This document shows positions 38,654 through 48,928 of a stretch of 64,000 bases of DNA, piece after piece. The DNA is from Phormidesmis sp. (GTDB lineage: Bacteria > Cyanobacteriota > Cyanobacteriia > Leptolyngbyales > Leptolyngbyaceae): assembly GCA_965248535.1 (NCBI GenBank), contig CBDFJR010000005.1:779546-843545 (forward strand), written 5' to 3'. The notes below the pieces were generated by a model that saw only the letters and a program-made list of their open reading frames with translations, was not told where the DNA came from and did no database searches. The position numbers and the translations under genes were made by a program. Every line of letters begins with the position of its first letter. The stretch's first letter is position 1.

Positions 38654-39850
38654 TTACGTCGAGAGCAGCAGGGCTGACTGAGCAGTTAAAGAAGCGTCTA
38701 ACACCTCTACAACGCGGTGAATCTGCGGGTCATTCAACCCTGGATACATCGGTAGAGACAAAATCTCTTGACATAAAGTTTCAGCGATCGGAAAGTCGCC
38801 CACCCGATAGCCCAACTCTTGAAACGCGGGCTGAAGGTGACACGGCAGCGGGTAATGAATTCCGGTTTGAATGCCTTCTTGAGCAAATTGCATTTGCAGC
38901 GAGTCGCGATCGAGCTTACAGGCAGGCAAGCCGTCCCGCGCCTCGGCCATCACTCTGATCACATAGAGGTGATAGACGTGCCCTTGGCCACATTGGTTTT
39001 GCATTGGCAAGATCCCTTGAGCGTGTAGCGGTTTAAGAAGCGTGGTGTATTGGTCGGCAATGTGGGCCCGATCGCGGTTCCAGTCTTCGAGATGGGGCAG
39101 CTTCACGTTTAAGACCGCCGCTTGGATGGTGTCTAAACGGCTGTTGGTGCCTTGCTCAGTGTGAAAATATTTACGGGGTGCCCCATAGTTTCGCAGTGCT
39201 CTCACCCTTTGAGCGATCGTTTCATCGCCCGTAATCACCATGCCCCCGTCACCCAAAGCACCCAAATTTTTAGCGGGGTAGAAACTAAAGGCTGCGGCAG
39301 CGCCAATCGACCCGGCTCGATAGCCTTCTCGCTCGGCTAAGTGGGACTGAGCCGCGTCTTCAAAGATCACCAAGTCATAGGTGTGGGCGAGATCGAGCAA
39401 AAGCGTCGGTGACACCATTTGCCCATAGAGATGCACTGGAATGATGGCGCGGGTTTTGGGGGTGATCGCTTTTTCGGCGGCGGCGAGATCGATCAGGGCT
39501 GTTTTAGCGTCACAGTCCACTAAAACTGGGGTTGCGCCCGATCGCTGGATGCCGATCAGGGTGGCGATAAAGGTGTTGGCGGGCAAGATCACTTCATCGC
39601 CTTTGCCAATGCCGCAGGCTTGCAGCCCTAGAGCGATCGCGTCAGTGCCGCAGGCAACCCCGATGCCGTGGTGCGATCGACAGGCCGCCGCAAACGCTTG
39701 CTCAAACTCACCCAAGGCTTGACCCAACACATAATCGCCCCGCAGCATCACCTCTCGGATGGCTTGCTCAATCTGCGCTTGAAGAGGCTGGTGTTGAGCC
39801 GAGAGGTCAACAAACGGAATCTTAGCTGAAAGGCTAGGCATAAAAAGCAT
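38654..39850 (-). CDS. DegT/DnrJ/EryC1/StrS sugar aminotransferase
   Basis: IPFVDL, ACGTDAI, PVHLYGQ, EDAAQSH, FSFYPAKNLGALGDGG. Confidence 0.95.
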   Translation of the reverse strand: MLFMPSLSAKIPFVDLSAQHQPLQAQIEQAIREVMLRGDYVLGQALGEFEQAFAAACRSHHGIGVACGTDAIALGLQACGIGKGDEVILPANTFIATLIGIQRSGATPVLVDCDAKTALIDLAAAEKAITPKTRAIIPVHLYGQMVSPTLLLDLAHTYDLVIFEDAAQSHLAEREGYRAGSIGAAAAFSFYPAKNLGALGDGGMVITGDETIAQRVRALRNYGAPRKYFHTEQGTNSRLDTIQAAVLNVKLPHLEDWNRDRAHIADQYTTLLKPLHAQGILPMQNQCGQGHVYHLYVIRVMAEARDGLPACKLDRDSLQMQFAQEGIQTGIHYPLPCHLQPAFQELGYRVGDFPIAETLCQEILSLPMYPGLNDPQIHRVVEVLDASLTAQSALLLST

Positions 39851-40128
39851 TAACGATGAAGGATTGGGAGCTAAGTATAAACGCTAATCTAGTCAGAAGT
39901 CATGAGTCAGTAAGCGAACATACCTAAACCATGAAGACTCTGTAAATTTTCTGAGAGACTCTGTGAATTTTGCAGTCTTCGTTGACAATCCTTAGGCAAA
40001 TGAGGGAGCGATCGGACGTGTGCAGTCAGTGAAATTACCTCGTTGAGAATCCCGAACTCAGAGTACCCACGGCCCAGCCCTTCACCTCAAGTTCAAAAAA
40101 TCTTTTGGGGGCTACCCAACTATAGAGA

Positions 40129-41259
40129 CTAAAAATCTACGCCACGCTTCAGATCGATGCCCTTCTCAGCGTAGTGTTTGTGACAAATCATCTCAGAGTG
40201 CACCGTGGCCAAGTCAAAGTAGGCGAGAGGATTTTTACACCGCCCGGTGATGATGATTTCGGTATCACGAGGTTTGCGAAGCAGGGCCTGCACGATCGGT
40301 TCTTCAGGCAGCAGTTCCAAATCCACCGTCGGATTTAGCTCGTCTAGAATGATGGTCTTGTAAAGCCCCGACGCGATCGCCGCCCGGGCAATTTCCCAAG
40401 CTCGTTCTGCCTCGACATAATCGAGTTCTTGCTGCTGACCGCGCCAGACGATCGCATCGCGCCCCGATCGCTGGTGATCGACCAAGTTTGGATAAATTTG
40501 ACGCAGCGCCGCGATCGCCGCATCTTCGGTGTAGCCCGCCCCACCTTTGAGCCACTGCATAATCAGCACCCGGTGAGATTTGTCTTGCCCAATGCCCTTG
40601 CCGATCGCTTGCAGAGCTTTTCCCAAAGCGCTCGTAGACTTTCCCTTGCCTGACCCAGCATAGATTTCGATCCCGGCGATGCCCTGCTTGGCCATCGGGT
40701 GATAGAGCGGTCGCATCTCTGAATGCAGGTCAGCAATATCAACCAATTTTTGCGGTGCGCCGCGACCTGTGGCGATGATCTCCATCGGTTCGGGCTTGCG
40801 TTTGAGAGTGCTGATCACATCGTCGATCGGCAGCAGCCCCAAATCCAAAACCGGATTCAGTTCATCCATGACCACGACGGAATAAAGACCGGACGCGATC
40901 GCGCCTTTGGCCACATCCCACCCGCGTTGAGCTTCTTGACGATCGAACTTGGTAATCTCGTCTGCCCCAAAATAGTCGGCTCTGCCCGTCCGAACTTGGT
41001 CAATCAGATGGGGAAACCCACGCTGAAGAGCTTGAATAGCCGCATCTTCGTCATAGGTGCGCCCCGGCCCCTTTAAGAACCGCAGCAGCAAGACGCGAGT
41101 TTGAGAAAAATTGTGAATGCCCAAACCAATCGATCGCAACACTACACCCAGCGCCGCCTGAGACTTTCCCTTTCCGGCACCGTCATAAACGTGAATCTGC
41201 CCGATCATCCGCTCCGATCGCGCTTGAGCCGTCCGAATGCCAATGCCCGTTCTGGTCAT
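40129..41259 (-). CDS. cobO: Cob(I)yrinic acid a,c-diamide adenosyltransferase, tandem two-domain cyanobacterial form
   Basis: Two repeats with GAGKGKSQAA / GSGKGKSTSA and VVMDEL / IILDEL...ITGR. Confidence 0.9.
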   Translation of the reverse strand: MTRTGIGIRTAQARSERMIGQIHVYDGAGKGKSQAALGVVLRSIGLGIHNFSQTRVLLLRFLKGPGRTYDEDAAIQALQRGFPHLIDQVRTGRADYFGADEITKFDRQEAQRGWDVAKGAIASGLYSVVVMDELNPVLDLGLLPIDDVISTLKRKPEPMEIIATGRGAPQKLVDIADLHSEMRPLYHPMAKQGIAGIEIYAGSGKGKSTSALGKALQAIGKGIGQDKSHRVLIMQWLKGGAGYTEDAAIAALRQIYPNLVDHQRSGRDAIVWRGQQQELDYVEAERAWEIARAAIASGLYKTIILDELNPTVDLELLPEEPIVQALLRKPRDTEIIITGRCKNPLAYFDLATVHSEMICHKHYAEKGIDLKRGVDF

Positions 41260-41569
41260 AGCCTTTTGTTTCCCTCGTGCAGCTTTGGTGTAGCGACGTT
41301 GACCCTGACCAGATTAGCAGGTAAACGCTCAATCGACGCTACATATAGCGGTCAAATACAAGCTAGAAAAATGATCGGTTACGTCTTGATCCCTGCGTAG
41401 AATTCGCTATCATTTGAGAAGCTAGAAAAAATGATCAAGCTAACGGTTGGTTTTCCGGTTGCATCCTGTTAATATTTGATCAGGTTTTCGTGAAGTTTTG
41501 ATTTTGTCTAGGTTCGTCTTAGACAGAGCAGTAAACAGTCCAAGCGATATTCAAGGAGCCGTCTGTTCA

Positions 41570-41707
41570 ATGGATTACATTGAAAAGGTGCTGGAAAAGC
41601 TGAAAGAGTGGACTCGCAGACTCATCGAAGCTCTGCTAGGGCCAGACGTTCAACCCGAAGCGGAGCCGATCCCCGTGCCTGTGAATGACCCGCAGCGCCG
41701 CCGCTAA
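41570..41707 (+). CDS. Small conserved hypothetical protein (45 aa)
   Basis: AAGGAG RBS; [14 protein letters not shown]...[12 protein letters not shown]; start moved to ATG 41570. Confidence 0.75.
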   Translation: MDYIEKVLEKLKEWTRRLIEALLGPDVQPEAEPIPVPVNDPQRRR

Positions 41708-41730
41708 CCCGTTGTTTCAATTTAACCTGT

Positions 41731-42171
41731 TTGCAAAGCATTTTGGTTCTCCACGGGCCTAACCTCAATCTTCTGGGTAAACGAGAGCCTGGGATTTATG
41801 GGGCCGTCACGCTGGACGAAATAAATCAGATGTTGGAGCGAGAGGCTCAGATTTTGCAGGTTGTCACGATTGCCCTGCAATCCAATCACGAGGGTGATCT
41901 AGTAGATGCCATTCATCTGGCTCAAGATCAGCATCAAGGCATTTTGATCAACGCTGGGGCTTATACTCACACAAGTGTGGCCATTCGGGACGCGATCGCA
42001 GCCGTCAATCTCCCAACAGTCGAGGTGCATCTCAGCAATATTTATCGGCGCGAAGCCTTTCGTCATCATTCCTATATCGCGGCGGTGGCGATCGGGCAGA
42101 TTAGCGGGTTTGGGGCTGAGAGCTACCGATTAGGGTTGCAGGCTCTGGTCAGTCATCTCAGCCCGCTTTAG
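41731..42171 (+). CDS. aroQ: Type II 3-dehydroquinate dehydratase
   Basis: [34 protein letters not shown]. Confidence 0.98.
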   Translation: MQSILVLHGPNLNLLGKREPGIYGAVTLDEINQMLEREAQILQVVTIALQSNHEGDLVDAIHLAQDQHQGILINAGAYTHTSVAIRDAIAAVNLPTVEVHLSNIYRREAFRHHSYIAAVAIGQISGFGAESYRLGLQALVSHLSPL

Positions 42172-42223
42172 GCATGTTTAAAGCAAAAGCTCTCTAGAGG
42201 CGTTGAGTTCAGCGTCTTTTTTA

Positions 42224-42616
42224 ATGGAATCCACCGTTTATTTAGCCGTCAACGGCACGTTAATGCGAGGGTTAGAGCTAAACAGAAACCTGGTTTCAGT
42301 CGGAGCAACTTTTGTGCGAGAAGCCACGACTGAACCCGCTTATCGGCTTTGGTCGATCGCCGATCGTCACCCCGCCATGCTGAAAGTTACGGAAGGCGGA
42401 GTCGCGATCGCCGTTGAAGTCTGGGCAGTGCCTGCATCGGGAGTCAGCACTTTATTGAGGCTAGAGCCTGCGGGATTGTGTATTGGCAAGGTGCGACTAT
42501 CAGACGGAGAAGAGGTTTTGGGCGTGCTGGGAGAACCCTTTCTCTGTGAAGGACAGCCAGAAATCACCCAGTTTGGCGGGTGGCGATCATACCTTCGTGA
42601 CGCGGCAAAAGCTTAA
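42224..42616 (+). CDS. Stand-alone allophanate-hydrolase C-terminal / gamma-glutamylcyclotransferase-like protein
   Basis: LAVNGTLMRGLELN, AVEVWAVP, GKVRLSDG, ITQFGGWRSY resemble the AtzF C-terminal domain. Confidence 0.72.
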   Translation: MESTVYLAVNGTLMRGLELNRNLVSVGATFVREATTEPAYRLWSIADRHPAMLKVTEGGVAIAVEVWAVPASGVSTLLRLEPAGLCIGKVRLSDGEEVLGVLGEPFLCEGQPEITQFGGWRSYLRDAAKA

Positions 42617-42687
42617 AAATTAAAGGAATTTAACTTCAAACCGACGATTCGCTTCTACGTTAACTAATCAGAGCTTGCGGAGTTGCC

Positions 42688-42873
42688 ATGACCGAGCCAA
42701 GAGACTTGACCGAATCTGTCGAGAGCATCGCTGCGCTAATCGGGTTGCCGATCAATCCGGCTGATCGTCTGGGAGTGGTGGCAAACCTTGAGCGAATTCA
42801 CACGATCGCCCAACTCGTCATAGAGTTTCCTCTGCCTGAAGAGATTGAAGCCGCCCCGGTATTTGAACCATGA
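42688..42873 (+). CDS. DUF4089 / AtzG-HpxX-like small amidase partner
   Basis: 61 aa ending LPEEIEAAPVFEP; 4-bp overlap with the amidase gene. Confidence 0.8.
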   Translation: MTEPRDLTESVESIAALIGLPINPADRLGVVANLERIHTIAQLVIEFPLPEEIEAAPVFEP

Positions 42874-44258
42874 GTCCCTCTTTCCCCGATGCCCTTCAGA
42901 TTGCCGCCACCATCCGGCAACAAGACGTGTCTGCGCGATCGGTGGTGGCCGATGCTCTTGCCCGCATTGCAAAACACGATCAGCGCTACAACTGTTTTAC
43001 AACAGTTCTGGCTGAGTCAGCGCTGGCAGATGCTGATCGGATCGATCACGCGATCGCAGCAGGTCAAGAACCGGGGACTCTGGCAGGGGTGCCGTTTGCG
43101 GTCAAAGATTTGTTTGATATTCAAGGGGTGACCACCTTAGCAGGGTCTAAAATCAACGCCACAAACCCCCCTGCGAGCCAAGACGCAACTCTGGTAATGC
43201 GCCTCAAACAAGCTGGGGCCGTGCTGGTGGGGGCCCTGAATATGGATGAATATGCCTACGGGTTCACTACTGAAAATGCTCACTATGGGGCATCGCGCAA
43301 CCCTCACGATATCAGTCGCACAGCAGGCGGATCGTCAGGTGGCTCGGCGGCCGCGATCGCCGCTGGCCTAGTGCCGATTACCTTGGGGTCTGATACCAAC
43401 GGCTCGATCCGGGTGCCGTCTGCTCTGTGTGGAATTTTTGGTCTCAAGCCGACCTATGGACGGCTATCGCGATCGGGCGCTCATTTGTTCTCAAGCAGTC
43501 TGGATCATGTGGGTGGATTTGCCCGATCGACTCGCGACATTGCCACCCTTTTTGATCTGCTGCAAGGCTCTGATCCCACTGATCCCGTTTGCACTCAGCG
43601 TCCGCCTCAGCTTTGCACCCCAGACCTTTATAAAGGATCGGAGGGACTGCGGATCGCGATCGCCGATGGCTATTTTGCAGAAGGGGCCGAACCCGACGTG
43701 TTTGCAGCAGTCGAACAGATCGCCAAAGCGTTGGGCGCAAGTCAACGAGTCACGATTCCCGAAGCCCACCGTGCTCGTGCGGCAGCGTTTGTGATCACCT
43801 CCTGCGAGGGGGCAAATTTGCATTTTGCAGATCTAAAGACGCGACCTCAAGATTTTGACCCGGCAACCCGCGATCGCTTCTTAGCAGGCTGTCTCATTCC
43901 GGGTCACTGGTATGTGCAGGCACAGCGATTTCGACGGTGGTATCGCGATCGGGTTCGTGAAATCTTTCAACACGTCGATATCATTCTGGCTCCGACTACG
44001 CCCTGCTCTGCGCCACTAATTGGTCAAGAATATATGACTTTAAACGGAGTCGAAGTCCTGGTTCGTCCAAACTTGGGCATGTTTACTCAGCCGCTTTCAT
44101 TGATTGGCTTGCCGATTATTTCGGTGCCCGTCCAGCGATCGGGTCAATTGCCGCTAGGAGTGCAAATTATCGCCGCTCCCTATCAAGAAGCTCTCATTTT
44201 AAGAGTCGCTTCCGAACTGGAGAGCCGTGGCATTGTATCGGCTCCTGTGCCGGACTAA
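42870..44258 (+). CDS. atzE: AtzE-family amidohydrolase (amidase signature)
   Basis: AVKDLF (Lys), GGSSGGSAA, GSDTNGSIRVPS, NMDEYAYGFTTEN. Confidence 0.85.
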   Translation: MSPSFPDALQIAATIRQQDVSARSVVADALARIAKHDQRYNCFTTVLAESALADADRIDHAIAAGQEPGTLAGVPFAVKDLFDIQGVTTLAGSKINATNPPASQDATLVMRLKQAGAVLVGALNMDEYAYGFTTENAHYGASRNPHDISRTAGGSSGGSAAAIAAGLVPITLGSDTNGSIRVPSALCGIFGLKPTYGRLSRSGAHLFSSSLDHVGGFARSTRDIATLFDLLQGSDPTDPVCTQRPPQLCTPDLYKGSEGLRIAIADGYFAEGAEPDVFAAVEQIAKALGASQRVTIPEAHRARAAAFVITSCEGANLHFADLKTRPQDFDPATRDRFLAGCLIPGHWYVQAQRFRRWYRDRVREIFQHVDIILAPTTPCSAPLIGQEYMTLNGVEVLVRPNLGMFTQPLSLIGLPIISVPVQRSGQLPLGVQIIAAPYQEALILRVASELESRGIVSAPVPD

Positions 44259-44291
44259 AAATTCACGTTCCTCTATCTCTATAAGGTTGCT

Positions 44292-45266
44292 ATGAAGAAA
44301 TCAGTATGGGTCGGTTCTCTGCTGCTAATGCTCTCTGCCGGGTTGAGCCTAAAGCCGATCGTAGCTCCTGCGATCGCCAAGCAGGTAGTCACCCAGCCGA
44401 CCCCCTCGACCGCCCCAGCGTCTCACTCTAAGGTCGAGCTAGTGACCCCAGGCGCGCAGCCTCGTCAAGTTCTGCGCTTTAAGCCAGCCGTGAACACGAT
44501 CGAAACCACTACTATCACCTTGAATACGGCGATGGAACTGTCGGTTTCAGGGCTGCCGAATGGGCCAAAATCAACCAACCTGCCCTCAACCCTGATAAAG
44601 ATGGAAACCGTGGTGACTCAAATCGACCCCAACGGAGATGTTCACTATAAGTTTCGCTACACCGATGCCGACATGAAAGGCGATGCCTCAATTCCGCCGG
44701 GGGTGGTTAACACAGCGCGCACTCAAATCAAGAAAATAGTTGGCTTGAGCGGCTCTTTGGTCATGGACGATCGGGGAAACACCAAAAAGACCACCCTGAG
44801 CATTCCTAAAGGGGTCGATGCCATGACTCGCCAAATGCTAGAGCAGTCCTTCCGATCGCTAGAGCAGCTTTCTGCCCCTCTGCCTGAAGGAGCGATCGGG
44901 GTAGGCGCACAGTGGAGGGCGCTGGTGCCTGTCAAGATCTATGGAATCATGCTCAATCAGACAGAAACCTATGAGCTAGTGAGCCTGAAAGATGGCATTG
45001 CCACCCTAAAGGTGGGCGTTGAACAGCAGGCCCAGAGCCAAAAGCTGACGTTTCCAGGGATGCCAAAAGGGGCAACGGCGACTCTAAAATCTCTCAACAC
45101 GACCGGGCAGGGAGAGATCAAGGTGCGGTTCGATCGCTTGCTGCCACCCATTGCTACGCTTTCGATGACCTCGGCGGCTGAGATGCAAACGACTAATCCT
45201 AGAACATCTGAACTGGTGACGATCGCCACCAAAACCCAGCTAGACATGAAGTTGCAGTCTAAATAG
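44292..45266 (+). CDS. Exported hypothetical protein (DUF6263-like)
   Basis: Signal peptide, LVTPGAQPRQVLRF, PLPEGAIGVGAQW. Confidence 0.6.
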   Translation: MKKSVWVGSLLLMLSAGLSLKPIVAPAIAKQVVTQPTPSTAPASHSKVELVTPGAQPRQVLRFKPAVNTIETTTITLNTAMELSVSGLPNGPKSTNLPSTLIKMETVVTQIDPNGDVHYKFRYTDADMKGDASIPPGVVNTARTQIKKIVGLSGSLVMDDRGNTKKTTLSIPKGVDAMTRQMLEQSFRSLEQLSAPLPEGAIGVGAQWRALVPVKIYGIMLNQTETYELVSLKDGIATLKVGVEQQAQSQKLTFPGMPKGATATLKSLNTTGQGEIKVRFDRLLPPIATLSMTSAAEMQTTNPRTSELVTIATKTQLDMKLQSK

Positions 45267-45267
45267 C

Positions 45268-46092
45268 TTAATTGCCTGGCCCGATGCGATTGAGCAGTTT
45301 GCGAATTGTGTCGCGATCGTCGGCAGTTGGCACGGCTTCTAGATAGGCTTCGAGATCTTGACGCGCCTCAATCCAGCGATGAGTCCGAAAGTAGAGAATG
45401 CCGCGATCGCGCAACTCAAACGCCGCATTGGGAAACAGCAGCAAAATGCGCTCGATCGCGGTTAAAACTTTTTCCAACTCGCCGCGATTGAGATAGATTG
45501 CTTTTAAATTCGTTAACATTCTGGCTAAAAACTGTCGAGGGGTGACGGCCGCTAAAAATTGGGACTGCATCTCAACCGATTGACCAGACAGTTGATTGAG
45601 TCGATCTTGACAATCTTGAGGAAACAGAATCTCGCCCTTGTCAAACGCATCTACAAAAATCTCCATGTCTGCTTGAATCGGACGAATCAAAAAGTGTCCG
45701 GGCATCCCAACTCCTACCATCGGAAAGTCTAACCGTTGCGCGATCGCTAAATAGACCAGCGATAGCGTGATCGGAATTCCAGTCCGCCGATCAATCACAT
45801 CATTCAAAAAACTATTGCGAGGGTCATAATAATCTTCAGTGTTTCCAGAAAATCCTAAATTCTCATACAAATAGTGATTAATAGTTTTAAGAATCTTTAA
45901 GGGATAAGACTCGATCGGCAGTTGGTCTCTAATCTCATCTGCGATCGTATCCAACGCATTTAGATAGTCATCGACCTCTAAATCTGGATACTCTTCTTGA
46001 GCTATATAAAGGGCTGCTTTCTCTAAACTGATTTGCTCATCGGGTTGTCGAACTTCTTGATAAAAATGCTGTCTAGCTAACGAAAAATCCAT
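45268..46092 (-). CDS. SirB1 / transglutaminase-like protein with a C-terminal TPR
   Basis: YYDPRNSFLNDVIDRRTGIPITLSLVY, GVGMPGHFL, ELRDRG. Confidence 0.9.
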   Translation of the reverse strand: MDFSLARQHFYQEVRQPDEQISLEKAALYIAQEEYPDLEVDDYLNALDTIADEIRDQLPIESYPLKILKTINHYLYENLGFSGNTEDYYDPRNSFLNDVIDRRTGIPITLSLVYLAIAQRLDFPMVGVGMPGHFLIRPIQADMEIFVDAFDKGEILFPQDCQDRLNQLSGQSVEMQSQFLAAVTPRQFLARMLTNLKAIYLNRGELEKVLTAIERILLLFPNAAFELRDRGILYFRTHRWIEARQDLEAYLEAVPTADDRDTIRKLLNRIGPGN

Positions 46093-46119
46093 AAATAATC
46101 ACTCAGTTAAACTCAAACT

Positions 46120-47661
46120 TTACTGCCTATAATCTCCGCCCGAACCATATTTCCAGGACTGAATTTGACGATGCCAATAATACACTTGATGCGGGGATAA
46201 AGTCTCGATCAAAGGCTCTAATTTTTCCCCCAATGGATAGAGAGCCGAATAAAAAGCCAGATTAATCGCGTGTTTCAGCCAATCTAACAAGGTCAACACT
46301 CCGACTTGAGGAATGATTTTGAGCACGATCGCCGGGTGGCGCATCGCCGTGTTAATCAAAGTTTGAAACAGGGGAATAAATTGCACCACATCCTGAAGGA
46401 AGGGTTTGAGAACCGGATCGCCAAGCTGCTGCATTTCTTGAAAGACAATCGAGAGTAGCTGATTAATTTGATCTGGCGCGATCGCTTGATCAACCTTGAC
46501 GCTCATCGCTTTTTGAAACAGCCACGTCACAGCTAAATTAGGCTGATAGGGCTGCAAGGGTGCTAACCCTTTTCGACTCAAACTATCAGTTTTTAACGCT
46601 TCGTCAAGGCCCTGAGTCAATCGATTTAAGTGGCGCACCATTGCCCCAAAGCCCCCAAAGCTCAAGGGTGATTGGCTGCTGCTGCTGTCTCCGATCGGCA
46701 AAATGCGATCCCACTTTGGTTTGAGGGGACTGTCACGATAGCAGGGAAAAAATCCAAACAACGCCCGCTGAAAGTTTAGATCAGAAAGCTTGACGTTTTG
46801 ATAGTCAGGCAGCAATCGTAAATACTCTTCAAATAGGGCTTCTAGGGTCAAGCGATCGGGGTGAGCATCGACATAAGTAAACAGATAAGTTGTTCTGCCA
46901 TCGCGGGCTGGAAAGGCTTCCCAAAAATATTGGCATTGCTGCTGCAATGGCGTGAATGAAACCATCAAATCCCCAGAATTATGATCAGGAAATCCGGTGG
47001 CACAACTGCCCACGACCAAGCAGACAGCATCTGGTTTTTGCCCTTGTCTGGCTTGTCGCACCACAGGCGAAAAATAGCCCATCGCATCTAGCATCAGTCG
47101 CGCCGTAAATCTTCCTTGAATCGACACTCCATTGGGATGAATAGTTACCGCTTCAAACGGTGTTTTTTCATACAACAATCCCCCTGCGTTTAGAAACGTT
47201 TGTTTCAAGGTTTCTAATAGAAAAACGGGATTGATCCCCAGATTTAGCACATCTTCTACAAAGACATCAGAGCCACCCAGAAAGCTAACTCGAACCGGAT
47301 TAAATTCGCTAGAAATTGCTTCTTCTAATTCTGCTTCAGTCAGCAATCCTAACTCAATAAACACCTGCAATTCTTGACGCGAAATATTCCATTCTTGCGA
47401 TCGTCCCTGCAAGATTCCTCGCTCTAATAGGGCAACCCGCCAACCTTTTCGAGCTAGAGCCGCACCGATCAAAATTCCCAAGGTGCCGCCACAAATCACG
47501 ACATCCCACTCTACGTTCTCTAATAAATCATCACTCTCATGAACGACCGTAGCAACGGGCAATGTCTCGTCTCGCAGGGCTTTCCACAAGGCATCCGATC
47601 GCCGCAACCCGACCAGCCCATCACCCGGAATTTGCGAGAGAATTTGTTCAGTTAGCGTCAT
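46120..47661 (-). CDS. cruP: Lycopene-cyclase paralog CruP (FAD-dependent)
   Basis: DVVICGGTLG, QEWNISRQEL, QSPLSFGGFG, LQPYQPNLAVTWLFQ; ~510 aa. Confidence 0.78.
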   Translation of the reverse strand: MTLTEQILSQIPGDGLVGLRRSDALWKALRDETLPVATVVHESDDLLENVEWDVVICGGTLGILIGAALARKGWRVALLERGILQGRSQEWNISRQELQVFIELGLLTEAELEEAISSEFNPVRVSFLGGSDVFVEDVLNLGINPVFLLETLKQTFLNAGGLLYEKTPFEAVTIHPNGVSIQGRFTARLMLDAMGYFSPVVRQARQGQKPDAVCLVVGSCATGFPDHNSGDLMVSFTPLQQQCQYFWEAFPARDGRTTYLFTYVDAHPDRLTLEALFEEYLRLLPDYQNVKLSDLNFQRALFGFFPCYRDSPLKPKWDRILPIGDSSSSQSPLSFGGFGAMVRHLNRLTQGLDEALKTDSLSRKGLAPLQPYQPNLAVTWLFQKAMSVKVDQAIAPDQINQLLSIVFQEMQQLGDPVLKPFLQDVVQFIPLFQTLINTAMRHPAIVLKIIPQVGVLTLLDWLKHAINLAFYSALYPLGEKLEPLIETLSPHQVYYWHRQIQSWKYGSGGDYRQ

Positions 47662-47741
47662 ATAACACCCCCAAATCAGTCTTAAGATATCGCGATCGCG
47701 CCTTGCCGATCAGCGTCGCCAGATCGCGCCAGCAAAGAAAT

Positions 47742-48908
47742 TTAACCGTCTGCGATCCCCAGCGCGATCGCGGCGTTCTGTCCCCCAAACCCAAAACTTA
47801 GGCAAAGGCTAGCCTGAACTGGAGTCGATCGCGCCCTTCTCACAAAATCTAGATCAAACTCAGGTGATTTTAACCCGACACAGGGGGGCAATATCTGGCG
47901 CTGCAACGCCATCAAGCAAAAAGCCGCCCCTAGCGCTCCCGATGCCCCGATCGTGTGCCCCGTCGCTCCCTTAGTCGAACTCACAGGCACCCCAGATGGA
48001 AACAACTGCTGAATTAAGTGAGCTTCATGGCGATCGTTGAGTCGCGTCGAAGTGCCGTGGGCGTGAATATAGTCGATGTCTTGAGAGGCAAGGTGGCTGC
48101 GCTTTAGGCATTGCCGAACGGCAGCGATCGCCGCTTTGTTGGTTGGCTCTGGCGCACTGACATGATGCCCGTCGGCGGTTAACCCAACGCCTAAAATTTG
48201 ACCGTAGATTCTAGCGCCGCGATCGTGAGCTAGCGCCGCAGATTCGAGCACTAAAACCGCTCCTCCCTCGCCCAAGACGAGGCCCTCACGATCGCTGTCA
48301 AACGGATAGCAGCCCGTCTTTGCTAAAGCGCCCATGCGCTCAAAGCCAATTAGCGTTAATGGTGTGATCGCGGCTTCGACGGCTCCGGCAATGACGCGCT
48401 GACACTGCCCCGATCGGATCAGTTCATAGCCTTGAGCGATCGCCCAAATTCCGGTAGAACAGGCTGCCATAGGCGAGAGCACCGGGGCACAGGTTTGCAG
48501 AAGACGAGCAGCAGCAATCGCCGCCGCATTGGGCAACGTCTTTAACCACCCACTTAAAAAAATTGACTCTTCTAAATAGGATTGTCGAGTTAATTTCTCC
48601 CACTCAGCCTGATTGCCTCGACTTGACCCCACCACCACCCCACACTCCACTAGCGGCAGATCAAGCCCCGCATCTTGAAGTGCGTCCAACACGATTTGTT
48701 GAGTAAGTGACTCTAGCTCCACAGGTTGGTGAGCAATGAAGGCGAGGGGTCTTGGCGCTAACTCTAAAAAGGGTTGGCTGAGACGAATGCCCGATCGTGC
48801 CTCAACCAACCCCTTCCAGCTAGCGTCTAAATTCCCCAAGGCTGAAGCCAGCCCGATTCCAGTCACCACAACATCCATACCCAGATTCAGTTTTGAGATT
48901 TTAGTCAA
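47742..48908 (-). CDS. Beta-ketoacyl-ACP synthase (FabF-like)
   Basis: VVVTGIG, AACSTG (Cys), HAHGTST, SSTKGATGH, SFGFGGQNA; probable start ATG 48878. Confidence 0.9.
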   Translation of the reverse strand: MTKISKLNLGMDVVVTGIGLASALGNLDASWKGLVEARSGIRLSQPFLELAPRPLAFIAHQPVELESLTQQIVLDALQDAGLDLPLVECGVVVGSSRGNQAEWEKLTRQSYLEESIFLSGWLKTLPNAAAIAAARLLQTCAPVLSPMAACSTGIWAIAQGYELIRSGQCQRVIAGAVEAAITPLTLIGFERMGALAKTGCYPFDSDREGLVLGEGGAVLVLESAALAHDRGARIYGQILGVGLTADGHHVSAPEPTNKAAIAAVRQCLKRSHLASQDIDYIHAHGTSTRLNDRHEAHLIQQLFPSGVPVSSTKGATGHTIGASGALGAAFCLMALQRQILPPCVGLKSPEFDLDFVRRARSTPVQASLCLSFGFGGQNAAIALGIADG

Positions 48909-48928
48909 CGTCTCAAAACCAAGGGTGA

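Noticed and set aside
40129-41259. Internally duplicated CobO as a novelty
   Set aside because: The two-domain form is the usual cyanobacterial type
47742-48908. Ketosynthase as part of a PKS cluster
   Set aside because: No ACP, chain-length factor or tailoring genes adjacent; neighbours are cruP, a cyclophilin and ycf4
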